A DNA stretch of 43,374 nt, taken from NCBI RefSeq assembly GCF_001194135.2, contig NC_068992.1, positions 21,730,029 to 21,773,402 on the forward strand, given 5' to 3'. The notes below the pieces were generated by a model. That model saw only the letters and a program-made list of their open reading frames with translations. It searched no databases and was not told the DNA's origin. Within the stretch, counting starts at the first letter, position 1, and each line of letters opens with the position of its first letter. The DNA is from Octopus bimaculoides. Taxonomy: Eukaryota. Positions 25,765 through 37,686 of this stretch are shown here, piece by piece. Both the position numbers and the translations under genes were made by a program.

Positions 25765-26130
25765 GGAGGCGCAATGGCCCAGTGGTTAGGGCAGCGGTTT
25801 CGAATCCCAGACCGGGCGTTGTCAGTGTTTATTGAGCGAAAACGCCTAAAGCTCCACAAGGCTCCAGCAGGGGATGGTGGCGAACCCTGCTGTACTCTTC
25901 CATCACAAGTTTCTCTCACTCTTACTTCCCGTTTCTGTTGTGCCTGTAATTCAAAGGGTCAGCCTTGTCACACTGTGTCACGCTGAATATCCCCAAGAAC
26001 TACGTTAAGGGTACATGTGTCTGTGGAGTGCTCAGCTACTTGCACGCTAATTTTACGAGCAGGCTGTTCCGTTGATCAGATCAGATGGAACCCTCGACAT
26101 CGTAAGCGACGGAGTGCCAACAAAAAAAAA
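25765..26130 (+). mobile_element. tRNA-derived SINE (third family)
   Basis: A box TGGCCCAGTGG, B box GTTTCGAATCC, A-rich 3' end. Inverted copy at 20972-21340 and a partial copy at 34470-34750. Confidence 0.8.
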
Positions 26131-26640
26131 ATGTATGTATATATGTATGTATGCATGTATGTATGTATGTATGCATGCATGCACGTATGTATGTACGTGT
26201 ATGTACGTACATATGTATGTACGTATGTATGTACGTACATATGTATGTACGTATGTATGTACGTATGTATGTATATGGTGGTGAGGGTATTTATGCAACT
26301 CAGACTTTCAGTACTATCTTATTACAAGGATGGAAGTATCTTCCATTAATTAGGTGTTCTGACAGACTGACGTCTGCTCATCAAAGAAGATCTTTTAATT
26401 AAATGTTAATGACCAAGAATCACAAGCGAGAGTCTTGCAGCTGCTACATACTGGCTGTAAAACTTGTGCAGTAACAATATAAAGCTCCTGAAGCTGACAA
26501 AGATGAAAGGAAAGTTGGAATGATGTAGTGAGTACCAATCTAAGCTAGCTGATCCTCATAAATAAGAGGATGACGATGATGATGATGCAAGGTTGGGAAA
26601 AGTTGTAATAGTGATGCTGCGGGGACAAACATATACACGC

Positions 26641-26677
<37 letters not shown>

Positions 26678-27611
26678 TACGACAGGCTTCTTTTAGTTTC
26701 CGTCTACCAAATCCACTCACAAGGCTTTAGTCGGCCCGAGGCTATAGTAGAAGACACTTGCCCAAGGTGCCACGCAGTGGGAATGAACCCGGAACCATGT
26801 GGTTGGTAAGCAAGCTACTTACCACACAGCCACTCCTGTAGTTTACAAACAAAAAAAAAAAAAGGACAAGAAAAGAACTGATTTGCGAGAGCAAAATCCT
26901 GTTGTTTTACTTCTAGGGATGTAAACGATGGAAACGTGATAATGAAAAGGTGCAAAGGTGTGAGGTGAAAGTCCTGCAGGATTACAGATAATTCAAGGGT
27001 TACCAGGTTCATGGGCACTTTACCCCCTGCATCTCTGGCTTCACCATTTAGCATTTAAACCAGCCATGGGCCAAACCAAATATTCTACCTGTCTATAACC
27101 AGCCTCTCATATCAACCTTACAATGTCGTTCTAAAAATAAACAACGAAACAAAACTCGGCTTGCGAAGACCTATTGGGGCAAGTGAAAGCGAAACCGTCA
27201 ATGGCACCTGTGCCCAGCATCGCCTTCCTGGCACGTGTAAAGACATTCGAGCAAGATTGTTGCCAGTGCCGTCGAACTGGCTCCTGTGCAAGTGGCACGT
27301 AAAATACACCATTTTGAGCGTGGCACGTAAAAGCACCCACTATACTCTCGGAGTGGTTGGCGTTAGGAAGGGCATCCAGCTGTAGAAACTTTGCCAGATC
27401 ATATTGGAGCCTGGTGTAGCCATCTGGTTTCACCAGTCCTCAGTCAAATCGTCCAATCCATGCTAGCATGGAAAGCGGACGTTAAACGACGATGATGATG
27501 ATGATGATGACATCATTGAAATCTCAAAGCTACAATGTAATGCATGACTAACTCAAATCAATGTGAGTAAATAAACATTACATTTGACAGAGTATTCTGA
27601 ATGCTAAAGGG

Positions 27612-27840
27612 TTAACTCTTTTGATACCAACCCGGCTAAAACTGGCTCTGGCTCTAAGTACAAAATGTCTTGTTTTCATAAGTTTTGAATTAAAATCTTC
27701 CACCAAACCTTAGTCACAATTTATGTTCCTAACACTAGCTGAATGATAACTAAGTTATTTTACTAAATTCTTTGTTATATTTAAAGTAATTGAAAGAAAC
27801 ACAGAGCATCTCAAAATAAATACAGTAATGAAAGAGTTAA
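27612..27840 (-). mobile_element. TTAA-flanked MITE, same family as 23886-24357
   Basis: Reverse complement of the 24-kb copies. Shares its left TTAA with the end of the adjacent piggyBac-type MITE. Confidence 0.75.
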
Positions 27841-28358
27841 GCCATAAAAATTACACACACACACACATCATGTTGACATACAATATATATAAATAAAGAT
27901 TTGCCAGTCAGTTATTCAAAAGTTGTTGGACTGGTGGTGATGGTTTTATCGGGTTTTCAGGATGGTGGTGGCAGTGGTTATATTGTTCTTGCTAATAGTG
28001 TTGCTGTGGCTATTTAAACTCCGCTTAATCTTGGTTGACCTAAAATCAGACTTTTAATTCAACTATTGAAATACACTAAGTGACCCACATTATTTCAAGT
28101 CACTGTTTTCTTGCTTCGATGGAGTCACTTATCTTGTTCATGCCACTGCTGTTGGTCATTAAGAAGTTGATGAGATAGTAAATGGCAGTGGTTAGATTGG
28201 GTTTGGTGTTGATGCTGGTTGGGTTGGTGAAGGTGGAGATACATGCATATATATATGTGTATGTATGTGTAAGTGAGTGTATGTATGTGTAAGTGAGTGA
28301 ATGCAAGTGTGTGTGTGAGTGTGTATGAGATAAATTGACAAAAAATACACAAACACCC

Positions 28359-28525
28359 GCAGGAGTGGTTGTGTGGTAAGTAGCTTGCTTACCAACCACA
28401 TGGTTCGGGGTTCATTCCCACTGCGTGGCACCTTGGGCAAGTATCTTCTACTATAGCCTCGGGCCGACCAAAGCCTTGTGAGTGGATTTGGTAGGCGGAA
28501 ACTGAAAGAAGCCCGTCGTATATAT

Positions 28526-28575
<50 letters not shown>

Positions 28576-28778
28576 ATGTGTGTGTGTGTTTGTCCCCCCA
28601 ACATCGCTTGACAACCGATGCTAGTGTGTTTACGTCCCCTGTAACTTAGCGGTTCGGCAAAAGAGACCGATAGAATAAGTACTAGGCTTCCAAAGAATAA
28701 GTCCTGGGGTCGATTTGCTTGACTAAAAGGCGGTGCTGCAGCATGGCCGCAGTCAAATGACTGAAACAAGTAAAAGAG
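28359..28778 (+). mobile_element. tRNA-derived SINE with internal (TA)n(TG)n microsatellite; full-length copy
   Basis: tRNA-like head (GTGTGGTAAG ... GGTTCA..CC), a CCTTGGGCAAGT CORE-like segment, internal microsatellite and tail ...CTGAAACAAGTAAAAGAG. Other copies at 22385-22770, 30975-31360, 37165-37547 (+) and 24718-25058, 26620-26838, 6727-6870 (-). Confidence 0.8.
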
Positions 28779-31756
28779 AGAAAGAGTAAGAGTAAATATT
28801 CACACTGAAAACTTCCACCTCGCACTTCAAGTGTTTACAGAGATACACATGCAATCACTTGTATACACACACGAGCACACATGTGTGTGGATGTGTGTGT
28901 TTTGTGGTTATAGTTTTTCAAATTGTTAACCTCTTTGATCTTAGCTAAAACACGAAGAAGTGGCCTTTTGATTAAAAAGCAAGCGCAGTTTTTTTCAATT
29001 CTCAAAATTGATTGAAGTTGTTTCTTTAAGAGTGAAATTACAAACCACACCCCAGAATGTGGTCATACTTTGAAATTCCTGCGAGTATAAAAATCACATA
29101 ACTGGAGATAATTCTAAGATGGCGGGAGGGAATGCTTGTATTATGAGAGCAATGAAATAAGCACGAGATAACTTGTTGAGGTCAATATAACTAACTCAAA
29201 AAACATCATAGCAGGATTGCTGCAGTTGATAAAGGAACAAATAAATAAAAAATATAAGAAGTTTAAGAGAACCAAAACAAAACAAAGCAAAAAAAAACAA
29301 GGCAATTGTTAGAATTGACAACAATATAAAATGATATAACATCTATATTTCTAGTGATAATTTCTTGTTAGTTGGGAAATATTTTGATATTATAAAAGGT
29401 CACCTTGTTACATTCTACAGAATCTAACAACAGAAGATGGCTTCTTGTGCTTAGAGAGCTACGGTGTTAATGTCAGATATGCGTTTGTCTTATGATCCTG
29501 ACAACTAAGGAAGGAGCTAAAACTACAAGAAAGGTCAATTATTAAAATATGTTTATCCTATAACTTAACACATTCACGTGTGTGTGTGTGTTATTTGGCA
29601 AGAACATGTCTGGTCATGGAATAATATATTTCAGCAGAAAACCAAATTGATGGGAGGTGTTTTCATTGTTGCAATTGGATAGTAATGAAAACTAAGTTGT
29701 GTGTGTGTGTGTGTGCATTTCAATAGTCCATCACTAATTTCCTCAGATTCTACTGTTTCCACTCCCTCCTCCACACACTCACATATATAGATGTGTGTGT
29801 GTGTGAAATCATGTGATGTAGATGTGTGTGTGTGAAATCATGTGATGTAGATGTTCAGTATGTTAGTTCAGTGTTCAGTCCCTCTTTCTCTCACTCTTAT
29901 TATTACTTCCACTGCCACCATCAACACTACTACTTTTAATAAAACATCATCAACTCTCCTTAAATTTCTTTGTCTATCTCTCTCTCTCTCTTTGTGTTCA
30001 CCACTGCCCTTACCATCTCTATGCCTACTATTACTCTCATCCTAACATGAGCAATAGTAGAAGTGTCACTGGATGGTGAGAGAGGGGGTCAAAGTGTGAC
30101 ACACTGACACACAGAAATTAGTTTTCGCATTTATTATATTAGATTACTAATATTTTCAACTTGTGAAAGCAGCAAGCTGGCAGAATCATTAGCATGCTGG
30201 CCAAAATGCTTAGCATTATTTTGTCCATCTTCACATTCTGATTTCAAATTCAACCAAGATCGTTCCACCTGACTGGCTCCCCATGCTGGTGGCTCATAAA
30301 AAGCACTATCCAAACGTGGTCAATGCTAGTCCTGCTGCACTAACTGGTTCCAGTGCCGGTAACACATAAAAAGCACCATCCAAACATGGCTGATGCCAGT
30401 GCCACCTGACTGGCTCCCGTGCCAGTGGCACGTAAAAAGCACCCACCACACTCTCAGAGTGGTTGGCGTTAGGAAGGGCATCCAGCAGTAGAAACCTTGC
30501 CAGATCAGATTGGAGCCTGGTGTGGCCTCCTGGCTTGCCAGTCCCCAGTCAAACCGTCCAACCCATGCCAGCATGGCAAACAGACGTTAAATGATGATGA
30601 TGAACTTTACCTCCCATCCTTTCAGGGTCAATATAATACGTAACAGTTGAGCACTAATTAAGCTCAATATAATCAACTTACCGATTCTCCTGAAATTGCT
30701 GGCCTTCTACCAGAATTTGAAATCAATATTTAAACTTGTGAGGCATGTCAATCAAATATGGCAACATCTGTGTTAACTATAGTCTCTAATTATTAATCTT
30801 TCATTATATTCATGTGCTACTTTAAGTACTGCTATCAATAATCATTAACAGAAACGAACTATCTTCTACATCAAATAATGAACTTACTTGATGCATCAAT
30901 TGGAAACAAATTTGTACTAAGTTCCAAACCGTACTGAAACTAAAACTTGGATTCTATCAAACTAATCACGCATAGCTGCATGGTAAGAAGCTTGCTTCCT
31001 AACTCCATGGCTCTGGGTTCAGTCCCATTGTGGGGCACCTTGGGCAAGTATCTTTCATTGCAGCCTTGGGCCAACCAATGCCTTGTGAGTGGATTTGGTA
31101 GACGGAAACTGAAAGAAGCCTGCCATGTGTGTGTGTGTGTACATATGNNNNNNNNNNNNNNNNCCCCCCCCGATTGCTTGACAACCAATGTTGGTGTGTT
31201 CCTTTCCCTATAAGTCAGCAGTTCAGCCAAAGAGACCGATAGAATAAGTACTAGGTTTGCAAAGAATAAATCCTGGGGTTGATTTCTTCAATTAAAAACC
31301 CATTAAGGTAGTGCTCCAGCATGGCTACAGTTACATGGCTGAAACAAGTAAAAGAATAAAAGAACATGATGTTGGGACTCATAGAGGGGATAACAGGGGA
31401 CAGAGAGACTCCTGGCAGTTTGCTGTGTTTGACAAGTCATGTCAAGCTAAGTTAGAGCATGGCTGTCCTTGCATACAGGCATGTCCCCTGCATCCCTCTC
31501 CAGCTGAACATTCTTAATCTTGCTGGCTTGTGGGTGCTGGTACCCTGGTGCCATGTAAATGTACCTGTGGTAGTGCTGTGTAAAAGCACCCAGTACATTC
31601 TGTAAAGTGGTTGGTGTTAGGAAGGGCATCCAGTCATAGAAAGCATACCAGAACAGACATGGAGCTTGGGCAGCTGATCAGCTCCTGTCAAACCATCCAA
31701 CCCATACCAGCATGAAAAACAGGCATTAAACGATGATGATACAGATACATAGATAT

Positions 31757-32620
31757 ATATGCATTATCTACATTTGATGGATATTTGTCCTCATCTTGTT
31801 TGTTGTTAACACAACGTCTCGGCTGATATACCCTCCAGCCTTCATCAGGTGTCTTGGGAAAATTTCGAACCTGGGTTTTAACACTGTTGTCAAGATCCAA
31901 AGCAAATCACAGAAGATCCTCAACTTGCTTACGGAAAATGACATCTGGGCTGGATTCCAAAGGTGGCAGGGACACTGGGATACTGGGACTTGCTGTGCAA
32001 GGGGACTATTTCAAAAGAGATGATGCTAAAACTTAGGTAAATAAGTTATTTTTTTTATCAAACACAACTAGTCCAGAAACCGTTTGATACCACCTTGTAT
32101 ACATATTCTTATTCCAGAATACGATATGTTGATGAAAACCCAAATTATTTACAATTGACGGATATTTGTCCTCATCTTGTTTGTTGTTAACACGTTTCGG
32201 CTGATATGCTCTCCAGCCTTTATCAGGTGTCTTGGGGAAATTTCGAACCTGGGTTCTCATTCCTAAGGTGCTTGTCAATGTTATCATTATTATTATTATT
32301 ATTATTCAGGTCGCTGCCTGGAATCAAACTATGTCATATGCCTGTGGGCATATGGCATAGTGGTTAAGAGTGTGGACTACTAACCCCAAGATTCCGAGTT
32401 CGATTCCAGGCAGCGACCTGAATAATAATAATAATAATAACAACAACATCGAAAAATACCTTAGGAATGAGAACCCAGGTTCGAAATTTCCCCCAAGACA
32501 CCTGATGAAGGCTGGAGGGTACATCAGCCGAAACATTTTGTTAACAACAAACAAGATGAGGACAAATATCCGTGAAATGTAAATAATGTACATAATTCCT
32601 CATCTCTTAAATATAGAACT
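31757..32620. mobile_element. Second locus of the hammerhead-SINE family: three arms (31757-31878 -, 32146-32326 -, 32346-32620 +) with an inserted mariner/flank segment
   Basis: Right arm has a full tRNA-like head (A box TGGCATAGTGG 32353-32363, B box GTTCGATTCC 32398-32407), an (AAT)n linker, CTGATGA at 32502-32508 and the tail. The hammerhead cores here carry mutations (GAGAC; CTGATAA; GAAACATT). Confidence 0.8.
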
Positions 32621-32624
32621 ATAT

Positions 32625-32800
32625 ATAGGGAGAATTCACGGAAAAACAACAGACGAAGATAGGTGGTGTAAACAACAAATTGGTGGATTAGTATAATGCT
32701 CGGGAATAGAGAAAGTCTTTAACGTTTTGAGCCTACGCTCTTCAACAGAAAGGAACACAGAAAGAAACAAGGAGAGAAACAAGGAAAGAAATATATATAT
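32625..32800. repeat. Dispersed repeat with a hammerhead-shaped motif on the minus strand; second copy at 40285-40480
   Basis: Shared ACAGACGAAGA.AGGTGGTGTAAACAACAAA...GCTCGGGAATAGAGAAAGTC...GAGC.TACGCTCTTCAA..GAAAGGAACACAGAAAGAAA. Confidence 0.7.
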
Positions 32801-32915
32801 ATATAAAGCCGTTAAAGATTTTATCAATGGCCAGCATATAATATTTTATTTCTTTATTGCCCACAAGGGGACAAACAAGGACAGACAAAGAGATTAAGTC
32901 GATCACATCGATCCC

Positions 32916-33988
32916 NNNNNNNNNNCAAGGGGACTATTTCAAAAGAGATGATGCTAAAACTTAGGTAAATAAGTTATTTTTTTTATCAAACACAACTAGT
33001 CCAGAAACCGTTTGATACCACCTTGTATACATATTCTTATTCCAGAATACGATATGTTGATGAAAACCCAAATTATTTACAATTGACGGATATTTGTCCT
33101 CATCTTGTTTGTTGTTAACACGTTTCGGCTGATATGCTCTCCNNNNNNNNNNNNNNNNNNNNNNNNNNNNNNNNNNNNNNNNNNNNNNNNNNNNNNNNNN
33201 NNNNNNNNNNNNNNNNNNNNNNNNNNNNNNNNNNNNNNNNNNNNNNNNNNNNNNNNNNNNNNNNNNNNNNNNNNNNNNNNNNNNNNNNNNNNNNNNNNNN
33301 NNNNNNNNNNNNNNNNNNNNNNNNNNNNNNNNNNNNNNNNNNNNNNNNNNNNNNNNNNNNNNNNNNNNNNNNNNNNNNNNNNNNNNNNNNNNNNNNNNNN
33401 NNNNNNNNNNNNNNNNNNNNNNNNNNNNNNNNNNNNNNNNNNNNNNNNNNNNNNNNNNNNNNNNNNNNNNNNNNNNNNNNNNNNNNNNNNNNNNNNNNNN
33501 NNNNNNNNNNNNNNNNNNNNNNNNNNNNNNNNNNNNNNNNNNNNNNNNNNNNNNNNNNNNNNNNNNNNNNNNNNNNNNNNNNNNNNNNNNNNNNNNNNNN
33601 NNNNNNNNNNNNNNNNNNNNNNNNNNNNNNNNNNNNNNNNNNNNNNNNNNNNNNNNNNNNNNNNNNNNNNNNNNNNNNNNNNNNNNNNNNNNNNNNNNNN
33701 NNNNNNNNNNNNNNNNNNNNNNNNNNNNNNNNNNNNNNNNNNNNNNNNNNNNNNNNNNNNNNNNNNNNNNNNNNNNNNNNNNNNNNNNNNNNNNNNNNNN
33801 NNNNNNNNNNNNNNNNNNNNNNNNNNNNNNNNNNNNNNNNNNNNNNNNNNNNNNNNNNNNNNNNNNNNNNNNNNNNNNNNNNNNNNNNNNNNNNNNNNNN
33901 NNNNNNNNNNNNNNNNNNNNNNNNNNNNNNNNNNNNNNNNNNNNNNNNNNNNNNNNNNNNNNNNNNNNNNNNNNNNNNNNNNNNNNNN
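32916..33988. other. Probable assembly artefact: misplaced contig between gaps
   Basis: 32926-33142 appears identical to 31998-32214. The SINE on either side overlaps by ACATCGATCCC (32905-32915 = 33989-33999), so the flanks are contiguous. Confidence 0.85.
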
Positions 33989-34146
33989 ACATCGATCCCA
34001 GTGCGTAACTGGTACTTAATTTATCGACCCCGAAAGGATGAAAGGCAAAGTCGACCTCGGCGGAATTTGAACTCAGAACGTAACGGCAGACGAAATACCG
34101 CTAAGCATTTCGCCCAGCGTGCTAACGTCTCAGCCAGCTCGCCAGC
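33989..34146 (-). mobile_element. tRNA-derived SINE (GGCGAGCTGGCTGA... family); CpG-rich young copy continuing at 32845-32915
   Basis: B-box-like GAGTTCAAATTCC and body GTCGACTTTGCCTTTCATCC...GGTCGATAAATTAAGTACC. Older copies at 2218-2430, 2452-2660, 2698-2885, 24370-24587 (-) and 3385-3592, 3632-3830, 21663-21865 (+). Confidence 0.8.
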
Positions 34147-35124
34147 ATATAATATTGACCTATTAAGGTGAGGCGTTAGGAAGGGCATCCAGCTGTAGAA
34201 ACTCTGCCAAATCAGACTGGAGCCTGGTGTTGCCATCCGGTTTCACCAGTCCTCAGTCAAATCGTCCAACCCATGCTAGCATGGAAAGCGGACGTTAAAC
34301 GATGATGATGATGATGATGATGAAAATACAATCATAATTAAGGGCTACGCTGAAAATTCTTAAGCGCTTTAACAATTTGGCATCTGTTTTCAGCGTAGGC
34401 ATAGTCTCTTCTACGCCCTTTAATTATATTTTTTATATATATATATATATCATCAATTTTCGTGAAGGTACATGGCTTAGCAGTTAGGGACAATTTGTAA
34501 GGTCGTGAGTTCAATTCCTCGTGATGCGGTGTGTCCTTGTGCAAGACACTTTATTTCACGTTGTTCTAATCCACCCAACTGTCAAAAATGAGTAGTACCC
34601 GTATTTCAAAGGGCCAGCCTTGTCACATTGTGTGTCACGCTGAATCTCCCTCAGAACTACATCACAGGTACGTGTGTCTGTGGAGTTCTCAGTCACTTGC
34701 AGGTTAATTTCACCAGCAGGCTGTTCTATTGATTGAATCAACTGGAACAATGTAAAAATTTCCAGAATACTTTTCATCTTCATTCTTTGACTCAGCCTCC
34801 TCTCTGTTCTTTTTCTTGTTTCACTTGCCAGACTACAGCCATGTTGGGGCACCACCCCAAAGGGTTTAATCCAGTGATTCGCAACCCTTTTTTACCTAAG
34901 GGCCCCTTTGATTCCTATTTTACAAGGACTGATCCTCATAAATATTCGACGTTTGTATTTTTATAATTAAATATTATTTGGAATTGTATAAAAAAATTGG
35001 GTGAAATCCTCCCCCTGTATAACATCAGAGCCAAACAAATTTCAATTCAATAAAACGACAAGATTATTGATCAGCCTGACAACATACAATTCTTGGATTC
35101 CTAATCAAAATGAATGCAGACACA

Positions 35125-35545
35125 TTTGGTTTTCAAGAAGTGCCGATCACTTAAAGTGGAGGGAAATTGTGGAAAAGGGAGACTCAGAATGACATGGGAT
35201 GAAGTCCTGAAGACCGAACTCAAAATACCGAACCTTATAATGGTGATGACAGAGGACCAAGATATGCGGTGCATTGCTGTACCTGCTAAGACCCGCCCAC
35301 CACAACAGAATTAAGATCCTAAATCTAAGGTGCTATGTGAAAAAGGACTGGTGATTTGTGTCACATAAAAAGCACCCAGTACACTCTACAGTAGAGTGGT
35401 AGGCATTAGGAAGGGCATTCAGCTGCAGAAACCAATCCAAAATAGAGTATTGTGTGGCCCTTGGCCTTGCCAATTCCTGCCAAGCCATCCAACCCATGCC
35501 AGTAGGGAAAACAGACATATGATGATGATGATGATGATGATGATA
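35125..35545 (+). mobile_element. RTE-like LINE 3' end: ORF tail plus 3' UTR ending in (GAT)n
   Basis: KKCRSLKVEGNCGKGRLRMTWDEVLKTEL is followed by the AAAAGCACCC...AGGAAGGGCAT...CCAACCCATGC...(GAT)n tail, linking that abundant tail family to an RTE ORF. Confidence 0.7.
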
Positions 35546-35793
35546 TAAGGCTTTTAGTCATGCAACATGTCCCACAAGCCCAAACTGTTTTACCTGACCT
35601 TTTGGTGGTAATAACATCTATATTCATGGGGAACTTGTTAAACTTCCTTCAAAATGTCAAATCATCTTACTGCTTACTCGTTTTGTTCTTTAGTTTCTTT
35701 TTTCATCAGGCCACCCTTTAAGTTGTTTATTCTGTTTTCCTTTCTTTTTCCTGTGGGCCTGATCGACAAAAGTTAAAGGAGCCATGTGATCCA

Positions 35794-36022
35794 TTAACCC
35801 TTTAGTGTTCAGATTAATTTGTCAAAAGTAATCCTTATTTATTCACATTTCAAAATATTTATTTGATATTATTTTGTAGCTTCAAGATAGGAAAGATGTA
35901 ATTTCTTTATTTTTAGAATGACATTGTAGGGTAGGTGTGAGAGGCTGGTTCTGGCCAGTTTGAGCATAAAATGTGTTGAATATTTGGGCCGGATATAGCC
36001 AGTTTAAACACTAAAGGGTTAA
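35794..36022. mobile_element. piggyBac-type MITE (TTAA TSD)
   Basis: TTAA-CCCTTTAGTGTT ... AACACTAAAGGG-TTAA. Related copies at about 13331-13534, about 11935-12125 (-) and 27045-27615 (split by an RTE tail). Confidence 0.8.
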
Positions 36023-36440
36023 AGATGTCCACAGCATGGTAAGGAACAATTCCTGGGTAACCAGCCTCAGCAATTTTAGCTCAAAAGTCTATTTGAGCTT
36101 ATGCTTTTAGACAAAATTCAATCACACCTTTGGCAATAAGCTTTGCCACTCACCAATCACAACCCATCTTAGGATAATATATTCAAATAATAATTGTTTG
36201 CTTTGTTAAGAATATACAATCAAAAAATGAATTGAAAAAGGTTGAACACTACTGCTCTAGATCCTCTTCAACTGTCATTCACCACAAGCTAATATGCTGT
36301 TATTCAACCCACTAGAAATAGCAGCCAAATCAACAAATAGATTATGGCATGTATGAATTCAGGTATCATCATCATCTTTATTATTATTCCAGTTTCAATC
36401 CCAATGCACGGTACCTTGGGCAAGTGCTTTCTATTAGAGC

Positions 36441-36719
36441 ATGGAAAGGTCGATGTTGGGAATCTCACTAAAAGATCACATCTGGAATGAGGAGATCAGG
36501 AATAAAACTGGAGTGAAGGATGATATCACAGAATATTACCATGCAAAACCACAATGTGCCAGTCATGTTGCAAGGTTCACAGACAATCGGTGGAGCTGTG
36601 CAGTTGTTGAGTGGTACTCACATGAACGGAAGAGACCACTTGGAAGACCTCCAATCAGGTGGGAAAATGATTTAAGAAAGATGTTTGGAACAATGTGGAG
36701 GAGAATGGCAAGAGCATGA
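36441..36719 (+). mobile_element. RTE-clade LINE ORF C-terminal fragment
   Basis: MERSMLGISLKDHIWNEEIRNKTGV...HVARFTDNRW...KRPLGRPPIRWENDL is the typical RTE C-terminal pattern. Confidence 0.8.
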
Positions 36720-37595
36720 GGGGAATGAAGCAAATACTGTGTCAACTCGGCACCAGATGGCCTGGCTGATCCAGCCGATATACATAAGTCCTCATCATCG
36801 TTTAACGTCCGCACTTTCCGTGCTGGCATGGGTTGGACAGTTTGACATGGAGTTAGCCAGCTAGGAGCTGTCCAGACTCCATCTGTCTGCTGTGGCATGG
36901 TTTCTATGGCTGGATGCTCTTCTTAATGCCAACCACTTAACAGAGTGTGCCAGGTACTTTTTAAATGACATTGGCAGGAAGAACAATGAATTTGTGATAA
37001 GACTGGTTTCCATTGCTATGGTAGTGCTACTGTGAGTATCTGTAGAATTCATAAATTTGAGGGGATGGTGGACAACAAAGGTGAAATGAGGAGAACCAGC
37101 TGTATTGAAGTTAAATGGGAAACTGAAAGAGAATCTGACGAAATGTGTATAAGAAAGTGTGACTATGGGGTAAGAAGCCTGCTTCCCAACTACATGGTTC
37201 TAGGTTCAGTACCACTGCGTGGCACCTTGGGCAAGTGTCTTCTGTTATAGCCTCAAGCCAACCAAAGCTTTGTGTGGATTTGGCAGACGGAAACTGAAAG
37301 AAGCCCGTCGTATATATATGAGCATGTATGTATTTGAGTCTATGTTTGTCCCCTCCCCCCTATACCGCTTGACAACTTGTGCTGGTGTGTTTACGTCCCT
37401 GTAACTTAACAGTTCAGCAAAAACGACCGACAGAATAAGTGCCAGGCATTAAAAAAAAAAAGTACTGGGATCGGTACATTCGACTGAAAATTCTTCAAGG
37501 AGGTGCCCCAGCATGGCCGCAGTCTAATGACTGAAACAAGTAAAAAGATTGAGGGAGTGCCCAGAAACATCAGATTCTTAGCTTAAAGAATGTGC

Positions 37596-37686
37596 TGAGG
37601 TAAAGAATACACACACCACCCGTTTTCGGTTGTAACCCTAACCCTAAACCGCCGAAAACGGGTAGCCTGCGTATTCTTTACCTTCA
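37596..37686. repeat. Small hairpin element with telomere-like hexamers in the loop
   Basis: GGTAAAGAATAC...CCCGTTTTCGG / CCGAAAACGGG...GTATTCTTTACC arms around TAACCCTAACCCTAA (37633-37647). Confidence 0.7.

Noticed and set aside
32346-32420. tRNA gene
   Set aside because: It has A/B boxes but no proper acceptor stem and runs into a repeated body. It is a SINE head, as are the other tRNA-like segments in the window.
32961-34171. Long ORFs of 300-345 aa, and similar ones at 39593-40244
   Set aside because: These are translations of N gaps.
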